The notes: generated from the sequence alone by a model not told the origin. A stretch of DNA of 60,824 nucleotides, filler included, from Hausera hauseri (GCA_046269625.1; 10 parts of 10 records of this genome joined end to end with filler, not necessarily neighbours in it), one strand, 5' to 3'. Shown: positions 1 through 12,354, counted from the first letter of the whole stretch. Numbers and translations: made by a program.

Positions 1-570
1 ATGTGGTCAATCGAAGGATCCGTGACATGCAATACAGCTTCACAGAGTGTCTCGTAAGGCGTCGATGATTGTAGCAAGTCGGTGATATTGTTAATCTACT
101 GCTTGACGTTGGCAATCAGAATTAAAAGGCTATTGGCTCTCACAAAAGAATCTGTGATATTGTTCGATTTTAGCCACTGTTGGTGGAATTGGAGCCATGG
201 TTTGCTGGAATTGTTTTTATCGAGGAAAAATTCAACACAAGGTAAGTTTAATGAGCCTCGTGACTGTTGGGAGTGTGGCAAACGATAGATGTTGCCCGTA
301 TTCGTGGATTTATCATCCGAGCAGGATGGGTTTGGATCCGATCCACCCCGGAGGCGAAAATGGAGCATAAAAGTGGATGACTTGACATTCGTGGCATAAG
401 AAAGACAAGGAGTCTGAAGGATGTATTGTAAACCATTGATGTGTCAAATAGAAATCTAAAGTGTTGTATGATGAGGACAGAGCGTTGTATAAGAATTGTG
501 CTGTCTCATTGAGTGGAGCTTTTATGGTTTTAGTGTATAGGTTGTTGTGAAAAATAAAAATTGAAATGAA
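1..570 (-). pseudogene. Ubiquitin-like domain followed by the N-terminus of a Ty3/gypsy Gag (one frameshift, one stop; runs off the contig end)
   Basis: ISIFIFHNNLYTKTIK...PSDSLS/YATNVKSSTFMLHFRLRGG (GG ends at 342), then LPCVEFF...PWLQ...NNITD...TDLLQSSTPYETLCEAVL, which resembles the gypsy Gag N-terminal pattern LPPFW..P.LWF....IT.D....DLL...PYE.LK..L. Confidence 0.6.
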
Positions 571-668
571 AGGTAATGTAGTGCCGGGGGAGGTTTCGAA
601 AGCGCCGGAGGTGGACGCACTCTTGCTCTCATCTTTTATGTAAAACAAAGAGGATTTATAAGCTTCCT

Positions 669-1310
669 CTAATGGAACATTTCTGCTCTTAAAGCTAACT
701 GGAGTGGAAATGCCAATTCTAAACTCTTTTTCCACCCCGAAATCGGAATACAATCTTGTGGAAGTTTGGGTTCGCCAACACAAGGTTTGACCAGTGATAA
801 ATCTAAGCGAAGTACTTGTATATAGTATGGTATAATTCCGTTCGGCAGATTTGTTGTTTTAGCACAAGTTAAGGGTGATTTAATTAATTCAGCCAGATAC
901 CTTTGAGCAACTATATGAGGCCATGGTACATCAGATTTGTACTCTATTCGTTCATTTGTTGACAATGATCGAAATTGCGGTCGAGGAATAACAACAACAC
1001 GTAGCGGAATATCCTTAGTTAATCTACGTCTTACTTTAAGAGTCGTCAATAATGTTCTCTCGTTGTGAGGGTTTATTAGACAAATAAAATTATTCAGATA
1101 ATCGAGGAAACCAAATTTTCTATCATCCAAATATATCTGGAAGAATTGTAACAAATCATCCTTTGCCGTCTTTCTAATAATGTTAGTTATTTCTACGTAA
1201 TAAGCTCGATTATTTCGTGATAGACTTATAAACGCAACGTTATCTTGGGACGTTACCTTTCCATACTCATTGTGTACGTCAAAAAGGTCAGAAACGGATG
1301 TAGACTTCAT
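669..1310 (-). CDS. Hypothetical protein, 213 aa, no recognised family
   Basis: ATG-initiated open frame with protein-like composition; no motif recognised. Confidence 0.3.
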   Translation of the reverse strand: MKSTSVSDLFDVHNEYGKVTSQDNVAFISLSRNNRAYYVEITNIIRKTAKDDLLQFFQIYLDDRKFGFLDYLNNFICLINPHNERTLLTTLKVRRRLTKDIPLRVVVIPRPQFRSLSTNERIEYKSDVPWPHIVAQRYLAELIKSPLTCAKTTNLPNGIIPYYIQVLRLDLSLVKPCVGEPKLPQDCIPISGWKKSLELAFPLQLALRAEMFH

Positions 1311-1828
1311 GATTAAACTAACACTTTTAAACTTAGAATATGAATATAAAGCATCAGAACTCTATCCTTATGTACAAATTGCGCATAAACATAATCACTT
1401 GGACACTACTTCATCATGTTCAATTTTTATTTTCCTTTTGGGTTGTATGTCAATTGTTTCAAAAGTTTCAAAAATTGTATCAAGCATAATTAACGACGAC
1501 AATGTTAAACTTATAAAGCCACCTTCATTCGTCGAGAAGGGTACCAACCAGTCAGGCCATTCGGTATAATTATGACTGTGATCCACAGTTAGTGCCGATT
1601 TATTTCTTTTATCAGAACGAATGTCACCGATGGAAGAGTTTGTTTGGGAAAAGGACGAATGATTTTCGGTACCGTTCAATCTGGCGGGAGTTGGTCGCGA
1701 ATTTAATATCCTTTCGATATCTCCTTCGCAAAATATTTCTCCATCTTTATAATAGTCCATTAACGCCCTATACGAATCCAATATCAGATTTTCGACTTCC
1801 TTTTTGAATGATCAAGATGTCTTGCCAC

Positions 1829-2617
1829 GGGGGGGGTGATGTAGTGCCGATGTTGGTTGCACGCGAACTATATCTGTAGACATTGAATGTTGGTGGTTCA
1901 ATAAAAATCGCAAATTATTCTTGATTGCAGTTGGTTCATCGTATGTCACCTACAAAGAAAACCTATGTTGAATGAATATATCGAAGATTGTAAGAAAAAT
2001 GGATTCTCTAATCAAGCACAATTACTTTTACGAAAACAAAATAAAAAGAAAAAAAAGGAATTCTCGCTTTTCAGATAAAAGACCAACCATTCTCTCAGCC
2101 AAATAAAAGTTGTCTTTAGTACACATATTATTATATTATTTACATATGGTGTATTTCTTACGAATAGTCATGTATCTTGCATTATTGCTGATGATTTCAG
2201 GTGAGTCTGATTGTTATAGCAGAAATAACGATGTCGCCTGATTCTACACGATTTCAATTATGTCAGACCAATTACAAATTCGCCACAAATAACTTTGCCA
2301 GCCAGATTAACTAATAAAGTGGAGAAGAAAAATAAATGTGTATAGTACACAAGTACGAAACTCGGATTATGGTCATTTTACCCGATCTATGCGAAGCTGA
2401 ATATGAAAAAACAATTTTGTTTTGTTTTAATTTTCGTGATTTTTAAAAGTTTGTTGGTTACGAGTTTAAAAAACAACATTGATTGAAAATTGTTTTTTGA
2501 ATTTAAAAAGAATAATAATTGGATTTTTTTGGATTAAAAAAAGACAATAAATTTTGTTTATTATTCCACTGAATTTTAGTTTTCGATCAAATGGATTTAT
2601 TGCATAAGCCACGAGAT
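1829..2617 (+). mobile_element. Putative polypurine tract (G8, 1829-1836) plus LTR starting TGTAGTGCC at 1840
   Basis: GGGGGGGG-TGA-TGTAGTGCC closely mirrors the PPT/LTR start of the gypsy element in contig 5 (GGGGGGAGGGGG-TGA-TGTGGTGCC); region is followed by a PBS at 2618; no clean terminal CA. Confidence 0.45.
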
Positions 2618-2635
2618 TGGTGTCAGAAGTGGGAT
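2618..2635 (+). promoter_or_regulatory. LTR-retrotransposon primer-binding site, tRNA-Leu type
   Basis: TGGTGTCAGAAGTGGGAT, 18 nt complementary to the CCA-containing 3' end of tRNA-Leu; the match stops after 18 nt, as expected for a PBS rather than a tRNA gene. Confidence 0.7.
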
Positions 2636-2714
2636 AAAGAAATAAATTTCATAAAAGAAATTAAAAAACAGGAATTCAACGATCAAACTGGTTTGCGAGA
2701 AGGGAATCAGGTTC

Positions 2715-4193
2715 TTGCCATTGCAAATAATTTATGGGAGATTCGGGACTCTTGATAAAGCCGTAGAATTGTTCAAAAGAAATTATGATTGCTCAATCGA
2801 CTTGCTGGTTCGTTACAATCCTTCAGAACAATACGACCTCCTGTGTTACTTCCGCGATTGTGAATCCGGCATTGAATGCGACTCACCGAATATTGATGAC
2901 GTACAAATCGATTTTCGTTTTCTTCCTCAAAAAATTAGTATTTTCGAAGCCATTTGTATTTTAGATAATGAAAATTTTGAAGAAAATTTTTTAATTCTCA
3001 ACGGTGCTGTTGTCACCAATTGCAATTTCGAATCATTAACGAATCAATTCATTACATCCCGAACAAAAAATTCCCATATCATTCTCTCACAAATCTTAGC
3101 CACCCGAATGTCGGAAGAAATAAAGAATCATTCTAAACGTTCCGGTAATATCGTAATTGATACAGACATGAATATTATCGTCAGTAAAAATGGTTCTCAA
3201 ACGGAAAATATTAACGAAAGGAAAACAATACGATCCGTCTACGATACGATGTTGAATCCAGAAGTATATTTCTGTTCCCGTAAAGCTTTGTTGCGAGTCG
3301 ATGAGCATGCCGATTGTCCCGATATGGATTCGTTTCTGGACGGTATTGTAAGCCATCAGCATTTAGTCGGACATGCATCGTCGGCGATATTCATCGATGA
3401 ATTTTGCGTTCGTGTGAACAACTTACCTGTGTATTCATTCGTCTCGCAATGTATTATGCGTTGTCAAATCATCGGTTTGTCACAGAAGAGCGTATTCGGC
3501 GATAACATGAAACTCATCAGTTCATCGGGAAAAATCATAACGACTCAGAATTCCAGTTATATTAGCATTAAGCTGTCACCGGATTTTATAGATCTTACAT
3601 CGACATTTATCGGCAATGTGCAAATTGACCGCGGAACAAAATTCGGCGACAATTGCCGTCTGATCGATTGTGTCGTTGGCCGGAATTGTAAAATTGGCAA
3701 CAGTTGCCGTTTGCAAAGGTGTTTTCTCATGGACAACGTCACCGCTGACGACAGAGTGCTGATTTCCGACAGTTTCATTTGTTTCGATTCTCACATTAAG
3801 TCCGACGCCAAACTAACGGATAAGTGCGTTGTCTATTATGAATTTGTTGTTGATGGTGCAACGAAAGCAGCCGGTCAAGTTTTCACGAAATCCAATCCGA
3901 TTAATTATTGGTTTGTGGACGGCATATCGCTTGCGAATCAGAGTACTAAACTTTACAACAACGGATCTATAGACGAAGCTGTACAGGGTATTGGCGATAA
4001 TGATGAAGACGACATTGACAAGAAAACTGTCGAGGAAATTCACGAATTACTAAAAGAATCTATGGACAATTCGCTGCTATTGTGGTTAACAAAACCATTT
4101 GCCAACGGAGTACCAGATCTTCATTTGTTTGAATTGTTTGACAAAGTGCAGAGTTCTGAATTCCATACCAACTCGAATTATTCTAATATTTAA
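2715..4193 (+). CDS. EIF2B5: Translation initiation factor eIF2B epsilon-like protein, intronless, lacking an ATG start and most of the W2 domain
   Basis: Upstream in-frame EKGIRFLPL and ENFLILNGAVVTN (nucleotidyltransferase-like domain), left-handed beta-helix hexapeptide repeats (IGNVQIDRGTKFGDNCRLIDCVVGRNCKIGNSCRL), acidic linker DNDEDDIDKKTVEEIHELL. Confidence 0.65.
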   Translation: MPLQIIYGRFGTLDKAVELFKRNYDCSIDLLVRYNPSEQYDLLCYFRDCESGIECDSPNIDDVQIDFRFLPQKISIFEAICILDNENFEENFLILNGAVVTNCNFESLTNQFITSRTKNSHIILSQILATRMSEEIKNHSKRSGNIVIDTDMNIIVSKNGSQTENINERKTIRSVYDTMLNPEVYFCSRKALLRVDEHADCPDMDSFLDGIVSHQHLVGHASSAIFIDEFCVRVNNLPVYSFVSQCIMRCQIIGLSQKSVFGDNMKLISSSGKIITTQNSSYISIKLSPDFIDLTSTFIGNVQIDRGTKFGDNCRLIDCVVGRNCKIGNSCRLQRCFLMDNVTADDRVLISDSFICFDSHIKSDAKLTDKCVVYYEFVVDGATKAAGQVFTKSNPINYWFVDGISLANQSTKLYNNGSIDEAVQGIGDNDEDDIDKKTVEEIHELLKESMDNSLLLWLTKPFANGVPDLHLFELFDKVQSSEFHTNSNYSNI

Positions 4194-4619
4194 AGTTTCA
4201 ACGAGGTAGAATATATTTATTCAAATAGATATGTTCATAGTTCCCTACTTAATCCAGTTGATTATTTTACTTTCTACGATGATATTCTTTGGTCAATATG
4301 GAGTAGAATCGACTTTGAAGACATCTCTAATACAGATGCTGATGTAATTGATCCTATTAATGCTCCTCCTGTTAAAGGTGATTATCAGTTATTATCGCTC
4401 TGTGCAGACACAACGACCCCGCTTGTTGTATCTGACGAAATATTTCATGCATCAAATGCATTCGTTAATCATCTATTATCTACTCAGAAAATACATTCCA
4501 ACCTTTCGCTGTATAAAACTTTTAAATGGAATTCAAATATCCATCTCATCAAACGTCATTTATGCCAGTGATTTGACGATCATGGCTCAAAATTTGGACA
4601 TTATTATTTTATTTTTGAG

Positions 4620-5460
4620 TAGAATAGCTTGTCAACTGGAGAAAGTACATTGTAGTACAAATGTATTCAATAGTACGATGTCCAAATATTCACTCGGTGG
4701 GTAACTTTATTTCGGACCTAAACAAACTTCAATTAATGTACCAAATAATTAATGATGTTTTAAAATTTCTGGATCCTATCTTGACCACTACTTGCATCTT
4801 AAATTATCAGGATTCATTCAGTTATCAAACAAATGATAGGAAATATAGGGAACTTATGGAAGTAAAATGAAACTTTTCTTCGAATACATTGAGTGACCTT
4901 ATTGTACTTCCTCGAGTTTTTCATTTTTGGCAGAAATCCAGAGCCGAAGTTTGGAAAAGTACATTTTGTCAGAAGAATATTTTATCTACCTCCGTACTTG
5001 GAATAACAACTGCAATCAAAACTCAATTTCTGGGTCAGCTCAGAGCATCGGGATTTGTGAAACAAGAGGCAATTAAGACATTCTAGATTTAAATTATAAT
5101 TCGGAAAATTGGGCAGTTGATAAAGCTGCAATCGTTTCCGGTTTGGTAAACAGTATCGTGCATTACAATTCAGAAAATATGATCTTGACAGCTAATGTGA
5201 ATGCTAAGATTACTCCACATCCGAGTCCTTCCTTCATAATTGTGAACTCTCTAATTGTCTCACAATGTCAAATTGTCCAACAAATCTCTTTCTATATGAT
5301 CGTTCCATTAAGACTCCCAACATCCCAAATAACAATAATTTAGACTATCAACCCATTATGACTGACAACAAGTTCATATACATTAAACATCTAACAATGG
5401 TTACACCAGTCACTGTAGCATTAAATCGGACTTCGAAAATCAAGATTCTTTCAAGAAAAT
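4620..5460 (+). pseudogene. YTHDC2: YTHDC2-like DExH RNA helicase fragment (HA2/OB region) with stops and frameshifts
   Basis: VLKFLDPILTTTCILNYQDSF, SDLIVLPRVFHFWQKSR, FCQKNILS, KTQFLGQLRASGFV, NSENWAVDKAAIVSGL and TMVTPVTVAL follow YTHDC2 motifs in order. Confidence 0.8.
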
Positions 5461-5515
5461 TCCATTCAAGAAAAATATTAAGAGAAATAAAACACAAGCT
5501 GAATCACTCTGGCCT

Positions 5516-5615
5516 NNNNNNNNNNNNNNNNNNNNNNNNNNNNNNNNNNNNNNNNNNNNTTAATTAATTAANNNNNNNNNNNNNNNNNNNNNNNNNNNNN
5601 NNNNNNNNNNNNNNN
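5516..5615. other. Artificial contig spacer (N-TTAATTAATTAA-N); same spacer at 12696-12795, 17522-17621, 22973-23072, 27481-27580, 32179-32278, 45642-45741, 49850-49949, 54444-54543
   Basis: Nine identical 100-nt N blocks, each with a central six-frame stop linker; adjacency across them has no biological meaning. Confidence 0.97.
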
Positions 5616-5692
5616 TTTAATAAAAGTCTTAAAGTTCAATGAAGAAACTGTTCATGTCTATTGACAGGGATACTGCCATAGTATTTAACAAT
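5616..5692 (+). repeat. 77-nt exact terminal direct repeat of contig 2 (copy 1)
   Basis: Identical to 12619-12695. Confidence 0.95.
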
Positions 5693-8600
5693 GCGTTTAG
5701 CGTACTCATATCTTCATCAGAAAGGATCCAAATTTGCAGGTTTTTACCATAACCGGTTTAACAAATTTTACTATAATTGGACTTTTTAAAAATTGGATGC
5801 AGTAATCAAAATAAGTTTTTGTTTATAAAGTGGATCATTAAATATGTGTTCAATAATCAACACATAACAGTAGCCCATAAACAGTATTCAATAGTTGATC
5901 AGAGAAAAACTGCTGACCATAAATATTAACATGTTGAATTATTCTGATCCTTTTCCTTGAGTACAAATATTTTCTTTCCATTTTTGGTAACTTAGCGGAA
6001 TTTGTAAATTATTTTATCCTATTGGAAATGTTATTCTTATGCTGTTTTTACGTGAGTAAAACTATTTTTATTGTATGTTTATAACTACTATATGTTAGGC
6101 GGGACAACCATATATACTTGTAACTATCTAATCTTAAACAACAACACAACACAAAACAAACTTTACTTATATGTTATGTATTTATACAGTACTTGTAAGT
6201 ATGATTTATCGTATATTCCTTTTTGTGTGTTTTTATTTCATTGATTACCAAATTGATATTTTACATTAATATTTATGATAGGTTTCACCTCTTTAAATGC
6301 TTCTACCTTATATTATTTTTATATAATCTATGTAACATACGTATCGCAATAGGACTAATTAAGTCTATAAATTTAAGGACCTTTTTCGATATTCCCGTCC
6401 ATTAATTTCGTCGGTTTAACACTTATAAATACGGGGTTTAAGCGTCAGTGTTCCGATTGAACGGTTCTAACTTTAAGGCTAAGTAATAGTTCGAGGCAAT
6501 CCCACAGGTTGCCAAAAAGATTAAATTCACAGACATTGGAGAAGGAGTAATTCCAGGATATTTCTTAAAGATAATTAAGAATACAAGTTTGAGGTTGAGA
6601 AACCCAAACTACTTTCTCACATTTGAATTTATCATGTGGGTATCGCATTCTTCGGATAAACGTTATCATCAAAATTTTCATCATTGTCGGACAAAATGAT
6701 AGTTTCTGAATCAGTGTGAGGTTTCACATTAACTGAGCTTGTCGAAGATTGTGGTCAAGGCGATGATGGGTCCATTGATATTGACGAATGCCTAATTGCA
6801 ATGTGAGAGATCTTAACATGATAATATATCCGTCTTGTGCCAATTCAGTGTCTTGTGTGACAATACAAATATTTAAATTTGGTCGAGATATCTAAACCCA
6901 CCCACATTTCTTTAAGACGTAACATGAAGGATATACACAAGTGTTTAGATCTGGCAAACCACCCACAAATAACGAAAACCAATTCGTGGTGTGTACTCTT
7001 CTATTGAAAGTTCTTTTAGCAGCATTCTAAATAATAAATTACAAGGTATTATGCAAACAAGTCCATACTTATTATCCGTATTTAACAGCATTCAAAAAGA
7101 ATTTTCCAGATATCATAAAGAGGGCAGTGTCTGCCAAAAATTTGGTAAAGAAAATCATTTTTCCGGAAATTTCTTGAATTCCCAATCTTAAATCTCTATT
7201 ATTATTGCAATTATATGTATTCCTTTATTCAGAACATAACTGACTTCAATATTCGTTTTAAATATTTTCCTGACCTGTTGTAGAAATAAAAAATTTACTT
7301 CAATATTCCACCTATAGTCTGTGACCCCTCATATATGTGGTAAACTTGATCAATTCAGAAATCATCATCATGGAGACAGTATTGAAAGTGGACGGAACAA
7401 AAGTTCTAAATGAAAATGTCAAGGGAAAACTCGATAAAATTCGAAGAATTGAAAGCAATGTTTAAATATTTTCTTGTAACCAAAACGTCAAACGATATTA
7501 TCGAGTCATGTAGAAATATTTTGGAATTAACGGTGGGTATTGAGTGACATTGTGTTGGCCAACAATTTTATAAATAAATAGTTTTCAAATAAATTTCATT
7601 TGTTTAAATAATATACTGTTTGATTGCGAATTTCGAATATTATTTGTGGTCATTATTCTCACCCCATGTTATTTAGATTTCCTCAATGTATTTTAAATAT
7701 ATCATGATTTTTAGCGATGAAGAGAAGTTAAACTTATAGAAACTCAGGATTAACTCGAATAATCAATATTTCAAATTTTAATTGAAACCAAAACTGAATA
7801 AACGAGATAAGTTAATATTAAGTTTCGCTAATGTTAAACAAAATCATTTTAATTTGCTGACCTACCATAGATAATCTCTCCAAGAATGAAAATAAATGAC
7901 TTCAATTTTGACAATCTCTTTATGACAAGAAAAAAACGAAACAAATTATTTTTCTGTGTAATAAACTGGTATAAATACCAGTGTCATTTTTAGTTAAACC
8001 TCCAGACGTATAATGGAGAAAAATTGTATCTTGACCTACGATGTATCTTATATTATGCAAATTTACGACGGATGTAGGTTTTTATTTCTCTTTCGCTGTA
8101 TACTTCATTTCTTCGGTTCATATTTGTTAAATCATTATTTTGATCTGATTAAAGTATTTTATTTTCGATTTTATTTATTTCATATTTCGAAAAGGGTAGT
8201 TTATCTAATAGGATTATCAGATTGAAGTCCAGAGTACCACCTAATATTTTGTTATTGTCCATACAGCATTGATCAAATTAACTGGTCTCCTTTATCTATC
8301 CTATAAACATTGTTTATTATTTTAAATGTGTGTTTTGCATTTCTTTAATCGACTAGAAAACTTTATTTACCAATAGTGTTCATTAGTGATATTAATTAAT
8401 AATTTTAATTAATATAATAAAGGTCTTTCTTTTACTCGAAAAGACCAACGTTCTACTTCATTATTGATTTGTTAAAATTCGGAATTTGTTTTGCCAAGTA
8501 ATAAGATTAATTAATTAATTATTAAAACAAGGCCCTTTTTGGTATAGCGTCCATAAAGATGCTAATTTTAATTTTATATATTAATTTAATATAACAAACA

Positions 8601-9655
8601 AGGTGCAGTGTCAGCTATTGTGTCTCCTAGCGATCGACTCATACAGTAGGATTAAATAATTTAGCAACCCACCTATTGCTATATAGACAAAGTAAAGTTT
8701 AGGTTTGAGGTCGAAAGACCCTAACTATCTCTGGTGTTTAAACTTAACAATAATAAAACAGACTTTTCATTATAGATAAATAAATAACGATATTGGTGAC
8801 ATTAACAGACAATATTCAAGTTCATCATTTGAAAGAAGACATGCCGATATTGCAGACTTCACCAAAGACCGTAATTACACACTAACAAGAAAATCCTGAA
8901 GTCCATCTAATATCACATCCTTACATCGAACTCGTGCTCATTGTCGTAGAAAAATGTGTGTATTAAAGACAATTATCGATCAGTCGAATAAAAAATATTG
9001 TCACTTGCAAAAGGTTCTTGATCAATTGGAAGATAAAACAGAAGTGAAAAGACAGACCAAAGATGTCGGAAGATTTAAAACTTGAGTATCCTCCGGATTT
9101 ATTAATGTTTCTTCGAATTATTTTAATAAATTGTTTATTGACTTGTATAGATTATTTTTGTTATTAAAATAATGATTTTGAAACAAGTCCATCACTCGAA
9201 TTTTGTTGGATATTGATTTCATTTAAACATTCACCAATTTTTAGAATATATAGAAAATAAAAATCAATATTTTTTAAATGACATTTGATGTTATTTTTGA
9301 AATCCTGAAAATTAAGTAAATTTGCATTTTCTGGTGTATAATGAACATGGCTGTTCGATTATGCCAAACAACAAATATTCACAAATATTATTTGTTAAAT
9401 ATAGAATTTTAGGAGTGGATTGACATAAGTACATAAACAGCTTAATATTTTCCCAACGTTTTTGATTGTTGTAGTTATTTGTCGTAAAATATTTTTGAAT
9501 GTATTTCAGTAGTTCGGTGAATGTACATCATCACATTGACTTATAATAATTATGTACAGAATTTATCTCCCCAAATTATTAATTTGAATAAAAATTGTTG
9601 TCATAGAAATAATAAAAAGGCATAAATAAAAAGTAAAACATATGTATTAAAATAA

Positions 9656-11059
9656 TCAACTCTCAACAATCTTATTGACCAACAAATCATAAATATTGTG
9701 ACATGATTCGATAATTTCATCCGGTACCGACAACATAAACGAACTCGTCATCATTTGTTTTAATATTCGAATCAATTTACTGAACTGTTCTGCAATTTCT
9801 TGGTCGAATACTTCTACATTTTTCAGTCGTAAAATATTTTTAAGCAATTTCGTTTCTGAATCGATCAATACTATCAAATAATTACATTCGACATACTCTT
9901 TTTCAATAATGTGTTTCAACTTTTCGAATGTTATTTGCAGTCTTAAGAAATGCGATACTCGATCAAACATATTATCAATGGATAACGTTTCCTTTGGAAT
10001 AAGATTCTCGCCGTTCTTTTTCATTACTGGGTGTGATAGTAATGAATTTGTAGCTCTGTTTAATGAATCGAATATATATTTATATTGTTCATCGGTTATG
10101 TCATTAATGAACTGTTCGAAATTTTTTTCGTAAAAATCGATATCTCTGCAAGACTCCTCATCATGATATAAACAGATTTGAATAAGAGAACTATCCTCGT
10201 GACATTTAAATGGACAAGTAGCATTAACAATGACATATCTATTCACACAAGATCCACATAATCCATGGCAACAATGTGGAAATCTAACATAATTATTGGA
10301 CCATAATCCACTATGACATATTACGCAATAATCGTCATCTTTATGATAAATGGTGCTCATATCCACTCCATAGGTAGCTGAGAGGTCTAAAATGATGGCC
10401 TTCATGTGGAAACAAGTATCAGTAAATGATTGATATATTCGGTTCCATTTCACTTGGAACTTGATGACATGCGCCAGATCTTTTGCATTTGACGATAAAA
10501 TGATCGAATTCAACACAAATTTTAAACAAGCCATGAGACTATCGATTTTGAATGGGTGGAATTCTTTTATGTCTTTCTCATTGAGTCGAATATCATTTTC
10601 ATAACATCGATTGTAGCAGTCAGAAACTTTCGTAGTCAACTCATGTAATGAATTATTCAAACTCTGATAGTTATTGACATTTTGAATGTATTCATTTCGA
10701 TGACTTTTTATATTCTGAAGCCATTTTTCGGTCGGCATAATTAATTCCTGGTCAATAAAAGTCGAAAACTGTTCCCAACAATTCATTACTTCAAAAGATT
10801 GGACACAAATTTTTTCAACTGAGACTTTTGAGATTTCTTGAATTTGTTGAAAAATGATTTCACTCAAACTCAATGTCACTGGAGTTTGTTGATTATCGAT
10901 CGCCATGATATTATTCGACACAGTTCGGTCCAATGGGCATGTTTGGTTGTGCATAAACCAGTTCGATAAACATTCGTAGCAGAACGAATGTTTGCACTTT
11001 TCTAATGTGCATTTTTTAACTAAATCGTTGAGGCAAATGGCACAAGTATTGTCGAACAT
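9656..11059 (-). CDS. Intact intronless double-RING finger protein (467 aa), probable E3 ubiquitin ligase
   Basis: N-terminal C3HC4 RING (CAIC...CKHSFCYEC...CPLD) and a second RING (CVIC...CCHGLCGSC...CPFKC), each followed by a helical region. Confidence 0.85.
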   Translation of the reverse strand: MFDNTCAICLNDLVKKCTLEKCKHSFCYECLSNWFMHNQTCPLDRTVSNNIMAIDNQQTPVTLSLSEIIFQQIQEISKVSVEKICVQSFEVMNCWEQFSTFIDQELIMPTEKWLQNIKSHRNEYIQNVNNYQSLNNSLHELTTKVSDCYNRCYENDIRLNEKDIKEFHPFKIDSLMACLKFVLNSIILSSNAKDLAHVIKFQVKWNRIYQSFTDTCFHMKAIILDLSATYGVDMSTIYHKDDDYCVICHSGLWSNNYVRFPHCCHGLCGSCVNRYVIVNATCPFKCHEDSSLIQICLYHDEESCRDIDFYEKNFEQFINDITDEQYKYIFDSLNRATNSLLSHPVMKKNGENLIPKETLSIDNMFDRVSHFLRLQITFEKLKHIIEKEYVECNYLIVLIDSETKLLKNILRLKNVEVFDQEIAEQFSKLIRILKQMMTSSFMLSVPDEIIESCHNIYDLLVNKIVES

Positions 11060-11699
11060 TGTATGAGTTCGACATACTGGATTCTATAAATGACAATTAA
11101 AATTCGTTTAAAATAAATTAAAATAAATTTTATTGGTCTAAAAGTATTCCTTTTTATTTTAATTTATTGAAAATTAATTAAAAAAACGATCTTTGGTTTG
11201 TACTTTTAATTAATTTACGATAAATCAATTTTTGATTTAAATCAATAATCGTAGTTTTTAAAATAGTTTGTAATGTTGCATTTTGATGATATTATTAGTA
11301 ACAATATTTATAAATACTTTACTAAATATTTTTAAATAAATTAAACAACATTTTAAATATTATTTAATAACGTTTAATAGCTTTTAATTAATTTTTTATT
11401 AATTTAAATTATTAATTAAATTTTCATAAAGACATTTATAAAATTTAAAATTGAAAAGACGTGACCTTTGCAGCAGAATGTTTTATTCATTATCAAATTT
11501 TCGGCAGACACTGCCTTCTTCAGGATATCTGGAAAATTCTTCTGGAATGCCATGAAATTCTGATAATAAATACGGAACTATTGTGTAATAGGTTGTAAAA
11601 TTTTACTACATTTTATTCAAAAAATTATTAATGTTAACTTGTTGGCTTCTATTTTACTGTTCATCGCAGGATTCAAACGTTTCATTAGAATTGTTTTTA

Positions 11700-12090
11700 A
11701 AATTCTGAGATTCATTTGGGTCATGTTTTGGAGTCAAAATGGAAATGGAGAAACTTGATTTTGTGTTCCCATTTAGTGACTGGCATTCTTGAATATGTTT
11801 ATATACCAAAGAGTTGGCCTTTGTGTAGTGTTACGAAATTCGAGTATGCAATTTTCCTTTCTAAGAAGCTTTGCAAGAAACTCATTCGATTTTGTACATT
11901 ATGTAATCTTTCTGACATATTCGTTTGTCTTCCATTGGGTATGATTTCCATTTGCAATGTTCACAAAATTTTGGTTTCAGTTCATTAATCAGTGCCCTAG
12001 ATTTGTAATTTGGTATAACTGTGATGTTATGTTGTTGAAAAGTTCCCTTAATTTTATTGTTGAAACCGTCTCACATGAAAGGAAATGTTT
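11700..12090 (-). mobile_element. Degraded Penelope-like linker plus GIY-YIG endonuclease fragment
   Basis: FPFM*DGFNNKIKGTFQQHNITVI...CEHC...CQKDYIMYKIE*VSCKAS*KGKLHTRIS*H...SLVYKHIQEC. Confidence 0.55.
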
Positions 12091-12239
12091 CTTGTTGCTG
12101 GTTTTCTGCTGTCATCGGTACTGGCAATGCCGTCTCAATTGCAATGTCACATTCAATTTTCTCCAATATTTCCCGTTCCAATTCATACTCAATTTTCCTT
12201 CGTCTTATATTCTATGGACTAGGAAAATGAGAATTCAAT

Positions 12240-12354
12240 TTAACTAACAGTCCAATAAAATTGAATTTTCATAGTCTACAATGAATTCATTTTCAGTGTA
12301 TTATGGACAAGTGTTTTTGCTGTTATTACTGGGTAATTCCATGTAAAAACGCAT
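12240..12354 (-). pseudogene. N-terminal fragment of a Maverick/Polinton conserved gene (minor-capsid type, FYxxLPSN motif)
   Basis: MRFYMELPSNNSKNTCP*YTENEFIVDYENSILLD, immediately after the integrase fragment as in Maverick gene order. Confidence 0.5.

Noticed and set aside
2618-2635. tRNA-Leu gene on the minus strand
   Set aside because: Only 18 nt match, including the CCA complement; no cloverleaf, so it is better explained as a PBS
5560-5571. Recurrent TTAATTAATTAA motif as a biological repeat or CRISPR-like array
   Set aside because: Always centred in N runs; it is an artificial all-frame stop linker
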